A stretch of 32,000 bases of DNA, taken from Pseudomonadota bacterium. GTDB taxonomy: Bacteria; Bdellovibrionota_B; Oligoflexia; Silvanigrellales; Silvanigrellaceae. The stretch lies in NCBI GenBank assembly GCA_039799905.1, contig JBDLRP010000001.1, positions 117,504-149,503 of the forward strand. The letters run 5' to 3'. Both the position numbers and the translations under genes were made by a program. The notes below the pieces were generated by a model, which searched no databases, was not told the DNA's origin, and saw only the letters and a program-made list of their open reading frames with translations. Below are positions 18,578-27,674 of the stretch, one piece after another (the first letter of the stretch is position 1; each line of letters opens with the position of its first letter).

Positions 18578-21253
18578 TTGTATAAAACTCGCCGACGGGC
18601 TTTGGTCATCGACCAACTCTCGTCAGGGTTGATTACTGTTGTCGGATTGAGCGTCATTCTGGCCGTTGCCGGAATGATGCTCTTCCTTGTTTTCAGCAGC
18701 AGCCCTCTCTTTCGAGAAGAATCGTTTCGCAGCGAAGGAACTTTGAAAGGATTGAATCTCCCTGACGGAAGCCGCGCAGGTGAGATCCTCTTTGACGAGG
18801 TCGCGCCCATCGGAATTGTGTTGCCATCGGCGGCAAGCGACGGGTGTTTGATTCAGGTCCGTCAACTGCAACGCGCGGGCGACACTGGCGGCGAGCCGTT
18901 CAACAAGCAGTTCGTGATTAGCAAAAATCTCGCTGCCGCAGGTGCTGCGGATCAACTTCCACTGTCGCTCACCGAGGTGACCGAGACTGCAGCCACACGA
19001 GCCGATGAAGGTCAGCCGCAATGCTCCGCGCAGGGCGACAGCCTGCTGCTGGTGCGTGACGGCGCTGCACTTCATAGTGTTCGCCTACAAATCGTGCGCA
19101 CGTTTTTGACGAGCGAAGAATTGCGGACACTCTCATCGGACGTGCGTAAAACCCTCACGGAACGTCGGTCGGTTGTGGTGAACGGCGAGCTGCTCGTAAA
19201 ACCTTCCGCGCAGTCTCCGAGTGCAAAACTCAGTTTGCAGCATGAGGGTGAGTGGGTCATTGATGACTTCTTCACAACTCAGCCGTTGGTCAAATTGAAC
19301 GAAGTCAGCTTCGTGCGCAGACCATCCAAAAAGGATGGACTGATTGTCATCCGCCCGTCCGAATCAACCCAGCGCGCGCTCCTGTTCAGCTTCAGCGAAA
19401 ATGAAATCACCGGTGAAAAAACCACCTCACTGCGTGAGATCGGCGGCGAATTCAGCAGCAAATGGTTGCCGATGTGGCTTGAGGGACGCTTTGTTCTGCT
19501 TCCGCAGTCAGTGTCGGAACTAAAAATTTTCGACGCCGAAGATGCTCAGCTGACTTCGGCAACGCTGACACTTCCCAGAGAGCTGGGGACACTGACCGCT
19601 CTGAGTGCCAACTTTGGCGGAGCATCGGTTTTTGCTGAAACCAACGACGGTAGTACACACCGCTGTAGCTCACTCGATGCGGGCCGTGCCGGCCGGCTTG
19701 CCTTTGCAGCAACCAACCTGCAGGCAGAGCTTCCGGTTTTGTGGGCCGACAGGTGTGCACCCTCCCAACACATTTCAGCTCATCCACACAAACGTGCTGT
19801 GTACCGATGGATATCACCTGCTTCGGGCAGCGAAAAATCTGCGGGGGAGACTCATCCAAATTCAGTGTTGGAAGTTCGTGAATTAACGACCGGTCGCGTT
19901 GCGGCAACGGCTGAAGTTCCGGCCGGCTCGCACACGTCAGCAGTCATCGATCCCAAAGGCGACCTGCTTGCGTGGAGCACAGCCGGCGGCGGTGCATTGT
20001 CGGTTCTTTACTTCGACGCCCCGCATCTTGAAGTTTCGATGCGCAGTCTGTTCAGCAAAATACGCTACGAAAGCTACGAAGAGGCCTCTTATTCGTGGCA
20101 GAGCACCTCGGGCAACGATGAATTTCAGTCGAAGTTTTCTCTCATACCGCTCATTTGGGGCACAATCAAAGCAACACTTTATTCGCTTCTGTTCGCCGTT
20201 CCGCTTGCCATTTTCGCGGCCGTCTACAGCAGTGAAATCCTCGACCGACAGACAAGGAATGTCGTCAAGCCGACGCTCGAGATGATGGCCAGTGTGCCGT
20301 CGGTTGTGCTCGGATTTTTGGCTGCGATTGTGATCGCTCCGTGGATCGAAAATCACATTGTCAGTGTCTTGTTGATTGGCGTGACGATGCCGTTCATGCT
20401 TTATGCGGCGGGAGTCTTTATGCAGATTCCCTCGGCGCGCCACCTCAGCACGCGCGGGCTTTATGCATCACGCAGATTGCTGATGTGGGTCATTGTCGGG
20501 TTTGCGGCAATGATCTGGCTTCTGACGCGCGCCGGCCTGTGGATCGAAAGAACCGCGTTTGGCGGCGACCTCAAGGCATTCCTTTCAGGGGGTGCCGGAA
20601 CAGAGGGTGTTTTGTGGGGTCTGCTCATTCTTCCACTGGTTTTTATTGGTCTGTGGAGTCTTCCCATCCGGCGGGCACGGAACTGGTATCGCATCAGTGT
20701 CTTCCTGCTCGGCCCAGCCATTTCGGTTTGGCTGGGTTCCATTCTCTCGGGTCATGCCTCTCTGCGCGATGATCTTTTGGGTCAATATGCGCAGCGCAAC
20801 ACACTGGTGATTTCCATTGCCATGGGCTTTGCCATTATTCCGATCATCTATTCACTTGCAGAAGACGCACTGACATCAGTCCCCAACAGTTTGCGCGCGG
20901 GTTCACTGGCGTGCGGCGCCTCGGTCTGGCAGACCACCGCAAGAGTTGTGCTGCCGACTGCGGCCAGCGGACTTTTCTCTGCTGTGATGGTCGGACTGGG
21001 ACGCGGGATCGGCGAAACCATGATCGCTGTTATGGCGACCGGAAATACTGCGGTCATGACGATGAACCCTTTTGACGGCTTGCGCAGCATGGCTGCCAAC
21101 ATTGCAGTTGAGCTGCCGGAGGCTGCGCAGGGAAGCACCCACTACAGAATTCTTTTCTTGTCTGCACTGGTGCTTTTTTCATTCACTTTTACACTGAATT
21201 CCTTTGCGGAATTCCTGCGTGCACGATATCGCGCACGCAACAAAGCTCTGTGA
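18578..21253 (+). CDS. pstC: Phosphate ABC transporter permease PstC, extended form with large periplasmic N-terminal domain
   Basis: 891 aa, TTG start 5 nt after the pstS stop with GGAGG upstream. One N-terminal TM, about 480 aa of non-membrane sequence, then GTIKATLYSLLFAVPLAIFAAVYSSEI...MMASVPSVVLGFLAA and an EAA-like LRAGSLACGASVWQTTARVVLPTAASG. Confidence 0.88.
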   Translation: MYKTRRRALVIDQLSSGLITVVGLSVILAVAGMMLFLVFSSSPLFREESFRSEGTLKGLNLPDGSRAGEILFDEVAPIGIVLPSAASDGCLIQVRQLQRAGDTGGEPFNKQFVISKNLAAAGAADQLPLSLTEVTETAATRADEGQPQCSAQGDSLLLVRDGAALHSVRLQIVRTFLTSEELRTLSSDVRKTLTERRSVVVNGELLVKPSAQSPSAKLSLQHEGEWVIDDFFTTQPLVKLNEVSFVRRPSKKDGLIVIRPSESTQRALLFSFSENEITGEKTTSLREIGGEFSSKWLPMWLEGRFVLLPQSVSELKIFDAEDAQLTSATLTLPRELGTLTALSANFGGASVFAETNDGSTHRCSSLDAGRAGRLAFAATNLQAELPVLWADRCAPSQHISAHPHKRAVYRWISPASGSEKSAGETHPNSVLEVRELTTGRVAATAEVPAGSHTSAVIDPKGDLLAWSTAGGGALSVLYFDAPHLEVSMRSLFSKIRYESYEEASYSWQSTSGNDEFQSKFSLIPLIWGTIKATLYSLLFAVPLAIFAAVYSSEILDRQTRNVVKPTLEMMASVPSVVLGFLAAIVIAPWIENHIVSVLLIGVTMPFMLYAAGVFMQIPSARHLSTRGLYASRRLLMWVIVGFAAMIWLLTRAGLWIERTAFGGDLKAFLSGGAGTEGVLWGLLILPLVFIGLWSLPIRRARNWYRISVFLLGPAISVWLGSILSGHASLRDDLLGQYAQRNTLVISIAMGFAIIPIIYSLAEDALTSVPNSLRAGSLACGASVWQTTARVVLPTAASGLFSAVMVGLGRGIGETMIAVMATGNTAVMTMNPFDGLRSMAANIAVELPEAAQGSTHYRILFLSALVLFSFTFTLNSFAEFLRARYRARNKAL

Positions 21254-21260
21254 GGCACTG

Positions 21261-22982
21261 ATGTTCCGACAGTTCGGAAAACAAACGGATGCACAGGCCG
21301 TTTCCAAAGGCGCTCCGCAGCCCTCCGTAATTTTCAAAACGGCGGTGAAGATTCGTTCGCGCGCGTCCAACAACTCAACAGAAGGCGTGCCATGGATCTG
21401 GGTCTGCGCCGGAGCTCTGGTCACGATTCTGCTTTTGATCTTTGCAATGTTCGGCATCATCATCACTCAGGGCCTGAGTGCGCTGTGGCCACATGACATC
21501 ATCAAGGCACAAACCGACAACCAAACCGTGATCGGAGTCGCAACGCGGCAAGAGGAAGGCAGCGGCACACAGCCGAACGAGCGGCAGCTGCGCCGGCTTG
21601 TCTATCAGGCCAACCGTGATTTCGGGGTCAGCGAGTTTGCATTTATCCCTGAAGAATCTGCGCAAACAGCTGAGAAACCCGCCGACATTTGGTTTGTTGA
21701 ACGACGTGAGTGGGGACCTTTCGTCGGAGAAATTTTCAGTCCTGACAACGGGCAGGCAGAGCAGCTGAGCAAAGATGATGTCAGCAGGACCATTCATGCC
21801 GCGGCACTGCGCACAGCAGCCATCAGTGCGCTTGAAAAAGGACCGCTCGCGGATCTCAATATGGAGATGGAAGAACTCCGCCTGCGCAGAAAGGGTGTCG
21901 ACCGCAGATTGGAACTCGGAGAGCTGGACTCTGAAGGCGCTGGAGCTCTCAGTGCAACATTGGACGCCGAGCTTGAATCGCTGACCCAGCGTCACAATGT
22001 CATCTCAGAGCAGGTGCAAAAACTGCGCAGCGAAGACGAAGCCATCAAAGTCACACTGCTGGCTCCCAACGGGCAGAGCAAGACTCTTCCGGCGAGCCAG
22101 CTGACACGCGCCTTCAAACCCAACGATGCAAATGTCGTACAAAAGGTTTTTGTCTTTCTTGCCCGCTTGTGGTCGTTCGTTTCAGAAGAACCGCGCGAGG
22201 CAAATACCGAAGGCGGTGTCTTTCCGGCGCTGTTTGGAACCGTTGCGATGACACTCATCATGACGGTGTCGGTGCTGCCGATTGGTGTCATGACCGCCGT
22301 CTACATGCGCGAGATCGCAAAACAGGGTCCACTTGTGAGTCTGGTGCGCATCGCGGTCAACAATCTCGCCGGAGTTCCTTCCATCGTCTATGGCGTCTTT
22401 GGTCTGGGCTTTTTTTGCTACACAGTCGGTGTGTCTATCGACCAACTCTTTTTTCAAGACAAATTGCCCAATCCCACCTTCGGAACAGGCGGAATCCTTT
22501 GGGCAAGTCTGACCCTCTCGCTGCTGACTGTTCCTGTTGTGATCGTCAGTACCGAGGAGGCATTGTCCGCAGTGCCGCGTTCGTTGCGCGAGGCCTCTTA
22601 TGGATGCGGAGCAACACGCATGCAGACGATCTGGCGGATTGTTCTGCCCAAAGCACTCCCCGGTGTCATGACCGGACTCATACTCGCGATGGCACGCGCC
22701 GTGGGTGAAGTGGCACCGCTGCTGATGACCGGAGTTGTAAAGCTCGCACCCGCACTGCCTGTCGACGGTCATTTTCCGTTCATCCATCTCGAGCGCAGTT
22801 TCATGCATCTGGGATTTCATATTTACGACTTGGGATTCCAGTCGCGCTCGACAGAACTGAGCAGGCCGATGGTGTTTGCGTCGACATCTCTTTTGGTTGG
22901 TGTCGTGCTCCTTTTGAATTTCGTGGCAATTAAAATCCGTTCGCAATTACGTAAGCGATTCGAAGGCCGAGGTGCATTCTGA
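21261..22982 (+). CDS. pstA: Phosphate ABC transporter permease PstA, extended form
   Basis: 573 aa from ATG 21261. TM1 [27 protein letters not shown], a coiled-coil-like insert, then [48 protein letters not shown] and [31 protein letters not shown]. Confidence 0.9.
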   Translation: MFRQFGKQTDAQAVSKGAPQPSVIFKTAVKIRSRASNNSTEGVPWIWVCAGALVTILLLIFAMFGIIITQGLSALWPHDIIKAQTDNQTVIGVATRQEEGSGTQPNERQLRRLVYQANRDFGVSEFAFIPEESAQTAEKPADIWFVERREWGPFVGEIFSPDNGQAEQLSKDDVSRTIHAAALRTAAISALEKGPLADLNMEMEELRLRRKGVDRRLELGELDSEGAGALSATLDAELESLTQRHNVISEQVQKLRSEDEAIKVTLLAPNGQSKTLPASQLTRAFKPNDANVVQKVFVFLARLWSFVSEEPREANTEGGVFPALFGTVAMTLIMTVSVLPIGVMTAVYMREIAKQGPLVSLVRIAVNNLAGVPSIVYGVFGLGFFCYTVGVSIDQLFFQDKLPNPTFGTGGILWASLTLSLLTVPVVIVSTEEALSAVPRSLREASYGCGATRMQTIWRIVLPKALPGVMTGLILAMARAVGEVAPLLMTGVVKLAPALPVDGHFPFIHLERSFMHLGFHIYDLGFQSRSTELSRPMVFASTSLLVGVVLLLNFVAIKIRSQLRKRFEGRGAF

Positions 22983-23791
22983 TGATTAATCCAGCAGATC
23001 TTCCACCACCCTGTGTGCATCCGGAAATTCAAACCGGACCGGCACAAATCTCAATTCAAAATTTCAACTTGTGGTACGGAAAATCACAGGCGCTTCACGA
23101 AATTAATCTGCCCGTGCTGCAGCACTCGATCACCTCGTTCATCGGCCCGAGCGGATGCGGAAAGTCGACGCTCCTGCGCTCCATCAACCGCCTCAACGAC
23201 CTCATCGACAACGTGTCGGTTTCGGGAGACATCCGCATCGGTGAGCGCTCTGTGTACGAGCGCCATCTCGACGTCACATCGCTGCGCAAGCGTATCGGCA
23301 TGGTCTTCCAAAAGAGCAATCCGTTCCCGATGAGTATCTATGAAAACGTCTGCTATCCGCTGCGCATCAGCGGGATCAACGATCGCAATATACTCGACGA
23401 AGCTGTCGAGACCAGTCTGCGTTCGGCTGCTCTGTGGGATGAAGTCAAAGACAGGCTCAAACGCAGTGCATTGGACTTGTCGGGTGGTCAGCAGCAAAGG
23501 CTCTGCATCGCGCGTGCGATTGCCGGTAATCCGGAAGTTCTCCTGATGGACGAACCGTGTTCTGCACTCGACCCCATTTCAACTGCAAAAATCGAGGAAC
23601 TCATTTTCGAGATGCGCGGAAGGTTCACGGTCGTTATCGTCACGCACTCAATGTCGCAGGCATCACGCGTGTCTGACCAGACGGCATTCTTTTATCTGGG
23701 GCGTCTTATTGAAGCAGGGCCAACGAAAAAGATGTTTGAAAGTGCTCTGGCGAAGGCGACTCAGGATTATATTTCCGGGCGATTCGGATAA
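22982..23791 (+). CDS. pstB: Phosphate ABC transporter ATP-binding protein
   Basis: 269 aa overlapping the pstA stop. Walker [20 protein letters not shown], signature [16 protein letters not shown], Walker [16 protein letters not shown]. Confidence 0.96.
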   Translation: MINPADLPPPCVHPEIQTGPAQISIQNFNLWYGKSQALHEINLPVLQHSITSFIGPSGCGKSTLLRSINRLNDLIDNVSVSGDIRIGERSVYERHLDVTSLRKRIGMVFQKSNPFPMSIYENVCYPLRISGINDRNILDEAVETSLRSAALWDEVKDRLKRSALDLSGGQQQRLCIARAIAGNPEVLLMDEPCSALDPISTAKIEELIFEMRGRFTVVIVTHSMSQASRVSDQTAFFYLGRLIEAGPTKKMFESALAKATQDYISGRFG

Positions 23792-23794
23792 GCT

Positions 23795-25309
23795 TCAGAA
23801 CGGTTTTTCGCTAAGCTTGTTGACGGTCAGAATGAGCTTTCCTTTTTCGTTTTCGGTAAGAAAGCCTCTGGCGTACACAATAGTACTGCCCACAACCTCT
23901 TGCCAAGGCTGATCGACGAACGAAACGAGACTGATTGCACTTCCGTCGGTGAACTTTCCGCTAATGCGGCACGGCGAGCATCCTCCACCCGCAGGCTTCT
24001 GTAGTCTGACCGGCCCGACGACGATAAATCCTCGCGCTCCTGAAGACGCAAGGTAACGGCTCAGCTCGGCAGTATTTTCAAATATTTTTGATCGATTTGC
24101 AGCTGATTTACCTTCGCCGGTGTTGAGTGGACGGGCGTTCAATTTCTTCTTTTTCTTTTTGCGCGTGCCCGTCGGCGATTCTTGTGAATCATTCTGTACA
24201 GAAGATGCGCCGGATTGTGCTTGGTTATTCTCTGCGACTTGCAGATTATTTTGCTCGCGCATTTCTTTGAGAATCTGCCTTTTGTCGTAAATGGTTACAC
24301 CCGCAAAAATGACCATGATGACGGCAAATGCAATGACACCAATGGTCAGCGGATTGTTCCAAAAACTCGCTTCATTTTTATTGCCCGTCAGCATTTTTCT
24401 CAGCGAATTGACTGGACCTTTATCCATCAACCGGCGATTGCTGGCACGCCCGCGTTTACGGGGTGCCGTTGGATTCAGCCGGCGAAACTTGATCTGCGTC
24501 GCTGATTCATGATCCACCAAACTGACCATTCCCTCGCTTGCGTGCGCCGGCGACTGAACGGACAGGTGCGGATCCTTACTCGGCTGGGCAACTTGAAAGG
24601 CCGGTGCGAATTCGACGGCATCAGCTTTTGCCGAACCCTGTCTCTTTTCGAACTCACGTGTCTGCCGCTCTCCCTCAACGATTGCGGCAGTTGCCGCACG
24701 AATGACGCTGTTTTCGCTGCGTGAGCCTTCCGGTGTGTTGTCGCGCATGCGGGGTTGCAGTGATACCGGAGTCGCCGGAGTCTGTGAAAACGGAGAGAGA
24801 GGCTCGAGATCAGCAAATGAAATGTCCTGTTCGGAAGGTTCATCGACAATCTTTTTGGTGCGCGGTGTGAATTGTGGTTCAGAAGAGTTTTGTTCTGATT
24901 TTTGTTGCGCCTTTGTTTTGCCCCAATCCGGTGGCGGTTGCGGAATGGCTGCGAGCACAGGTTCTTGCGCAGGTGCAGCAGGTGGCGATTGCTTAACTGT
25001 TGCCGCGGGTGAAGGATGAGGCGCGGGTACACTCGCCGTTGAATTTCTGAGCGAAGCGTTTTCCAGATAAACGCGCGATGCAATCTGTGTCGCCTCGTGC
25101 ATCGGCTCATTGCCGCGGACGATTGTATGCTCTGTTTCTTTTGTATTTGAGGTCCACTTGGGCAGCATCCACAACAGAGGCCTGTAAACTGACGAACTTT
25201 CAGGTCTCACATAGACAACAAGCGGCCACTCTCCGCCGGCGACACGCCTGCAGATCTCCTGTTCGCTCATTGGACCAATGCGGGTCCGGCCGTCCCAAAC
25301 AAACCACAT
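23795..25309 (-). CDS. Membrane protein with N-terminal GYF-like domain and C-terminal predicted extracytoplasmic domain
   Basis: 504 aa. MWFVWDGRTRIGPMSEQEICRRVAGGEWPLVVYVRP resembles GYF_2, followed by a long Pro/Ser/Gln-rich low-complexity linker, TM NNPLTIGVIAFAVIMVIFAGVTIY, and a C-terminal GFIVVGPVRLQKPAGGGCSPCRISGKF domain. Confidence 0.7.
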   Translation of the reverse strand: MWFVWDGRTRIGPMSEQEICRRVAGGEWPLVVYVRPESSSVYRPLLWMLPKWTSNTKETEHTIVRGNEPMHEATQIASRVYLENASLRNSTASVPAPHPSPAATVKQSPPAAPAQEPVLAAIPQPPPDWGKTKAQQKSEQNSSEPQFTPRTKKIVDEPSEQDISFADLEPLSPFSQTPATPVSLQPRMRDNTPEGSRSENSVIRAATAAIVEGERQTREFEKRQGSAKADAVEFAPAFQVAQPSKDPHLSVQSPAHASEGMVSLVDHESATQIKFRRLNPTAPRKRGRASNRRLMDKGPVNSLRKMLTGNKNEASFWNNPLTIGVIAFAVIMVIFAGVTIYDKRQILKEMREQNNLQVAENNQAQSGASSVQNDSQESPTGTRKKKKKKLNARPLNTGEGKSAANRSKIFENTAELSRYLASSGARGFIVVGPVRLQKPAGGGCSPCRISGKFTDGSAISLVSFVDQPWQEVVGSTIVYARGFLTENEKGKLILTVNKLSEKPF

Positions 25310-25388
25310 AGAGTAAAAACCACTCCCGAGGACTACTCCTCCGAACGGTTATCGGCACATTTGTTGTTTAAATTTGGGGGGATGTCAT

Positions 25389-26024
25389 TCATCCGACGGC
25401 CGGCAAGGGGCCGGCAAACAACGCACCATTTTGGGCGATTTCGTCTCCGCTTGCCAACTGACGGACGTCGAGAAGCCGATTGCTCACCGAAAGATCGACG
25501 TAACCTAACCAGGGTTCGGGGATATTGCGGCTCGTCAAACCGTAGCGCAGTGCAAAAAGTGCCGTGGTGTTGAACTGGGGTCGCTCCGGCATGCGCGGAA
25601 GCCGGATCCCCAGCTCCTCGATGGTTCGAGCTCCTTTGCGCAGGTTGCACGTCTTGCAGGCTGTTACGATGTTGTCCCAACTCGTTTTGCCGCCGCGTGC
25701 GAGGGGAATCAGGTGATCGAGTGTCAGGTTGAGAAGCGAGCCGCTGCAATTGCAGTACTGGCAACGGAATCCATCGCGCAGATAGACGTTTTGCCGAGAA
25801 AAACGCGGGCCATGAGATTTCTTGTTTCGAGGCGAGCAATTGTGCTGCCTGATAATCCAAGGAACGGTAAAAGACTGAGTCACACTGCGGATGAGCCGGG
25901 GGGAGTCAAGAACTGGAGAGGCGCGTTCGGTAAAAAGAAGCACAAATCCAACGTGAAGACCGACAATTTTCACGGGTTCATACCGAGAATCCAAAACGAG
26001 CACTCGTCTCTCGAAATTCGCCAT
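25389..26024 (-). CDS. HNH endonuclease family protein
   Basis: NVYLRDGFRCQYCNCSGSLLNLTLDHLIPLARGGKTSWDNIVTACKTCNLRKGART is a canonical HNH with zinc-binding CxxC pairs. Start taken as MANFERRVLVLDSRYEPV at 26024, not 26225. Confidence 0.88.
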   Translation of the reverse strand: MANFERRVLVLDSRYEPVKIVGLHVGFVLLFTERASPVLDSPRLIRSVTQSFTVPWIIRQHNCSPRNKKSHGPRFSRQNVYLRDGFRCQYCNCSGSLLNLTLDHLIPLARGGKTSWDNIVTACKTCNLRKGARTIEELGIRLPRMPERPQFNTTALFALRYGLTSRNIPEPWLGYVDLSVSNRLLDVRQLASGDEIAQNGALFAGPLPAVG

Positions 26025-26167
26025 GACACCACCTTCCATAAGTGGAATCGGCAGAAATTCGATAAAATTGAGTCCCTTTGCTGCAGCAGGGACGGCAATT
26101 CCGCAAAAACCGCCGCTTCTGGTAGTGTGACCGGCCAACTGGCCAAAGTCAAGATCCGCATGATATT

Positions 26168-26377
26168 TCAGCGAAAAGCAACTATCCACAAACCGATGGC
26201 GACAACCGCCAGGGCAATGAGCCACAACAGTCCGGTGCCAACTTTAGTCACAACTGAATGCCGCGTGCGGCGGCTGTTGTATTGATTCCAGAGCTCGCCG
26301 CTGCTGCTGCCGTCGTCCTGTCCGTGAACCGGATGACCCGCCTGCGACGATTTGCCCTCTTCCAATTGTTCGTTCAT
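26168..26377 (-). CDS. Small membrane protein of unknown function
   Basis: 69 aa with a single C-terminal TM (VGTGLLWLIALAVVAIGLWIVAF). Its start overlaps the dus stop by 4 nt, suggesting translational coupling. Confidence 0.55.
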   Translation of the reverse strand: MNEQLEEGKSSQAGHPVHGQDDGSSSGELWNQYNSRRTRHSVVTKVGTGLLWLIALAVVAIGLWIVAFR

Positions 26378-27621
26378 TCACCCTCCAATGCCTGCGGCTG
26401 AGCAGCACTACCACCAGCGCCTTCACCGGAATAGACCCAATCCCATTCTTTGTGATGAGCAATTCCGACATCTGACTCCGCAAGTTCTGCAAGTATGTTA
26501 TCGAGCGCGTCGACAAACGCCAACCAGTGTGGGGCACGCAGAAGTGCAACGCTCAACTCAGGCTTCAATGCGACTCCACTGCGCAAATAATTCCAGAGCA
26601 TCTTTGCACGCGCCACGCTCCCTCTGCCGATTTGCCAAGAGCGCTCGTCGTTGTTTGGACCATCGGGGCTCAACAACGGTGCCCGCCGGACAAGTTCGGA
26701 CGTCTGTCGGGCACGAAACTCGGCAGGCGACATTCTTTTGCTCTCTTCCGGCAAGGCGAAAACTCCGTCCTGAACGGCCGCCATGAATGCTTCCCAATGA
26801 TTAGCCTGAAGCTCCTGAAGCAAAACAAATTGCAGCAGAGCAGACCGCAAAAGCTGCCGAGACACCTCCGTTTTGACGTCACGAAGCCGGGCAAAAATCC
26901 ACGGATCGCGAAGCGCACCGCGTCCGACAATAACTCCCGACAACGCGGGAGTCTGCGCAATGCGCTCGGCAAAGGAAAACACATCCGTGACATCTCCGGA
27001 GCCAAACACCGGAATGTTGAGTTGTCCGGCCGCATCGGCCATCGGACTCCAACGGGCAAACCCTTTGTAGCGATCAGTCCGCGTGCGCCCGTGGATTGTC
27101 AGACGGGCAAGCGGCAAACTCCGCAACGCCGAAAGCAATTGTGGAAATTCGCTTTCATGCCAAAAGCCAATGCGCATTTTTACGCTGACCCGTCCAGCAC
27201 CAAGAGCATCGACAATTTTTCTGAGATAGCTGTAAAAGCGCTGCGGATCCTGCAAAAGACTGCTGCCTGCACCGTGTCCAACAACGGTCGGAGAAGGACA
27301 TCCGCAGTTGATGTCAACAAAAGGAACATCTTTCAAAAAGTGTTCAGCAATCCGAATCAGATCGTCTTCACACGAGGCCATCAACTGAGGAATGCATGGG
27401 ACGATTCCGTGCGCTTTTGACAACTTTGTCTCGGGCAAAAAGTTTGCTGAAATCCGCTTAGGCGGGTAGTCTTTCGTGACCCGCAAAAACGGGGTGGTTG
27501 TGAAGTCAGGCGCGCCATTTTGAGTGATCCAAAGGCGGGTTGCAAAATCGGTGACTCCCTCCATGGGAGCCAGCCCGATTTCAATACGCGGCGAATCTTT
27601 GCCCTGTTTCAGGTCGACCAT
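26374..27621 (-). CDS. tRNA-dihydrouridine synthase family protein
   Basis: IGLAPMEGVTDFATRLW, VDINCGCPSPTVVGHGAGSSLLQDP, VSVKMRIGF, LTIHGRTRTDRYKGFARW, PVFGSGDV and GVIVGRGALRDPWIF. Confidence 0.92.
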   Translation of the reverse strand: MVDLKQGKDSPRIEIGLAPMEGVTDFATRLWITQNGAPDFTTTPFLRVTKDYPPKRISANFLPETKLSKAHGIVPCIPQLMASCEDDLIRIAEHFLKDVPFVDINCGCPSPTVVGHGAGSSLLQDPQRFYSYLRKIVDALGAGRVSVKMRIGFWHESEFPQLLSALRSLPLARLTIHGRTRTDRYKGFARWSPMADAAGQLNIPVFGSGDVTDVFSFAERIAQTPALSGVIVGRGALRDPWIFARLRDVKTEVSRQLLRSALLQFVLLQELQANHWEAFMAAVQDGVFALPEESKRMSPAEFRARQTSELVRRAPLLSPDGPNNDERSWQIGRGSVARAKMLWNYLRSGVALKPELSVALLRAPHWLAFVDALDNILAELAESDVGIAHHKEWDWVYSGEGAGGSAAQPQALEGE

Positions 27622-27674
27622 TCAAGAACCCATGGCAGTCAAGAGTTTTCAATCCCAGTCAGCGAGGGAAAAAC

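Noticed and set aside
22182-22946. 254-aa minus-strand ORF over pstA
   Set aside because: It is His/Arg/Cys-rich nonsense-like translation opposite conserved PstA permease motifs.
25389-26024. HNH endonuclease considered as a marker of a phage, intron or defence island
   Set aside because: The flanking genes are chromosomal housekeeping genes with no integrase, terminase, methylase or reverse transcriptase, so a stand-alone chromosomal HNH protein is the simpler reading.
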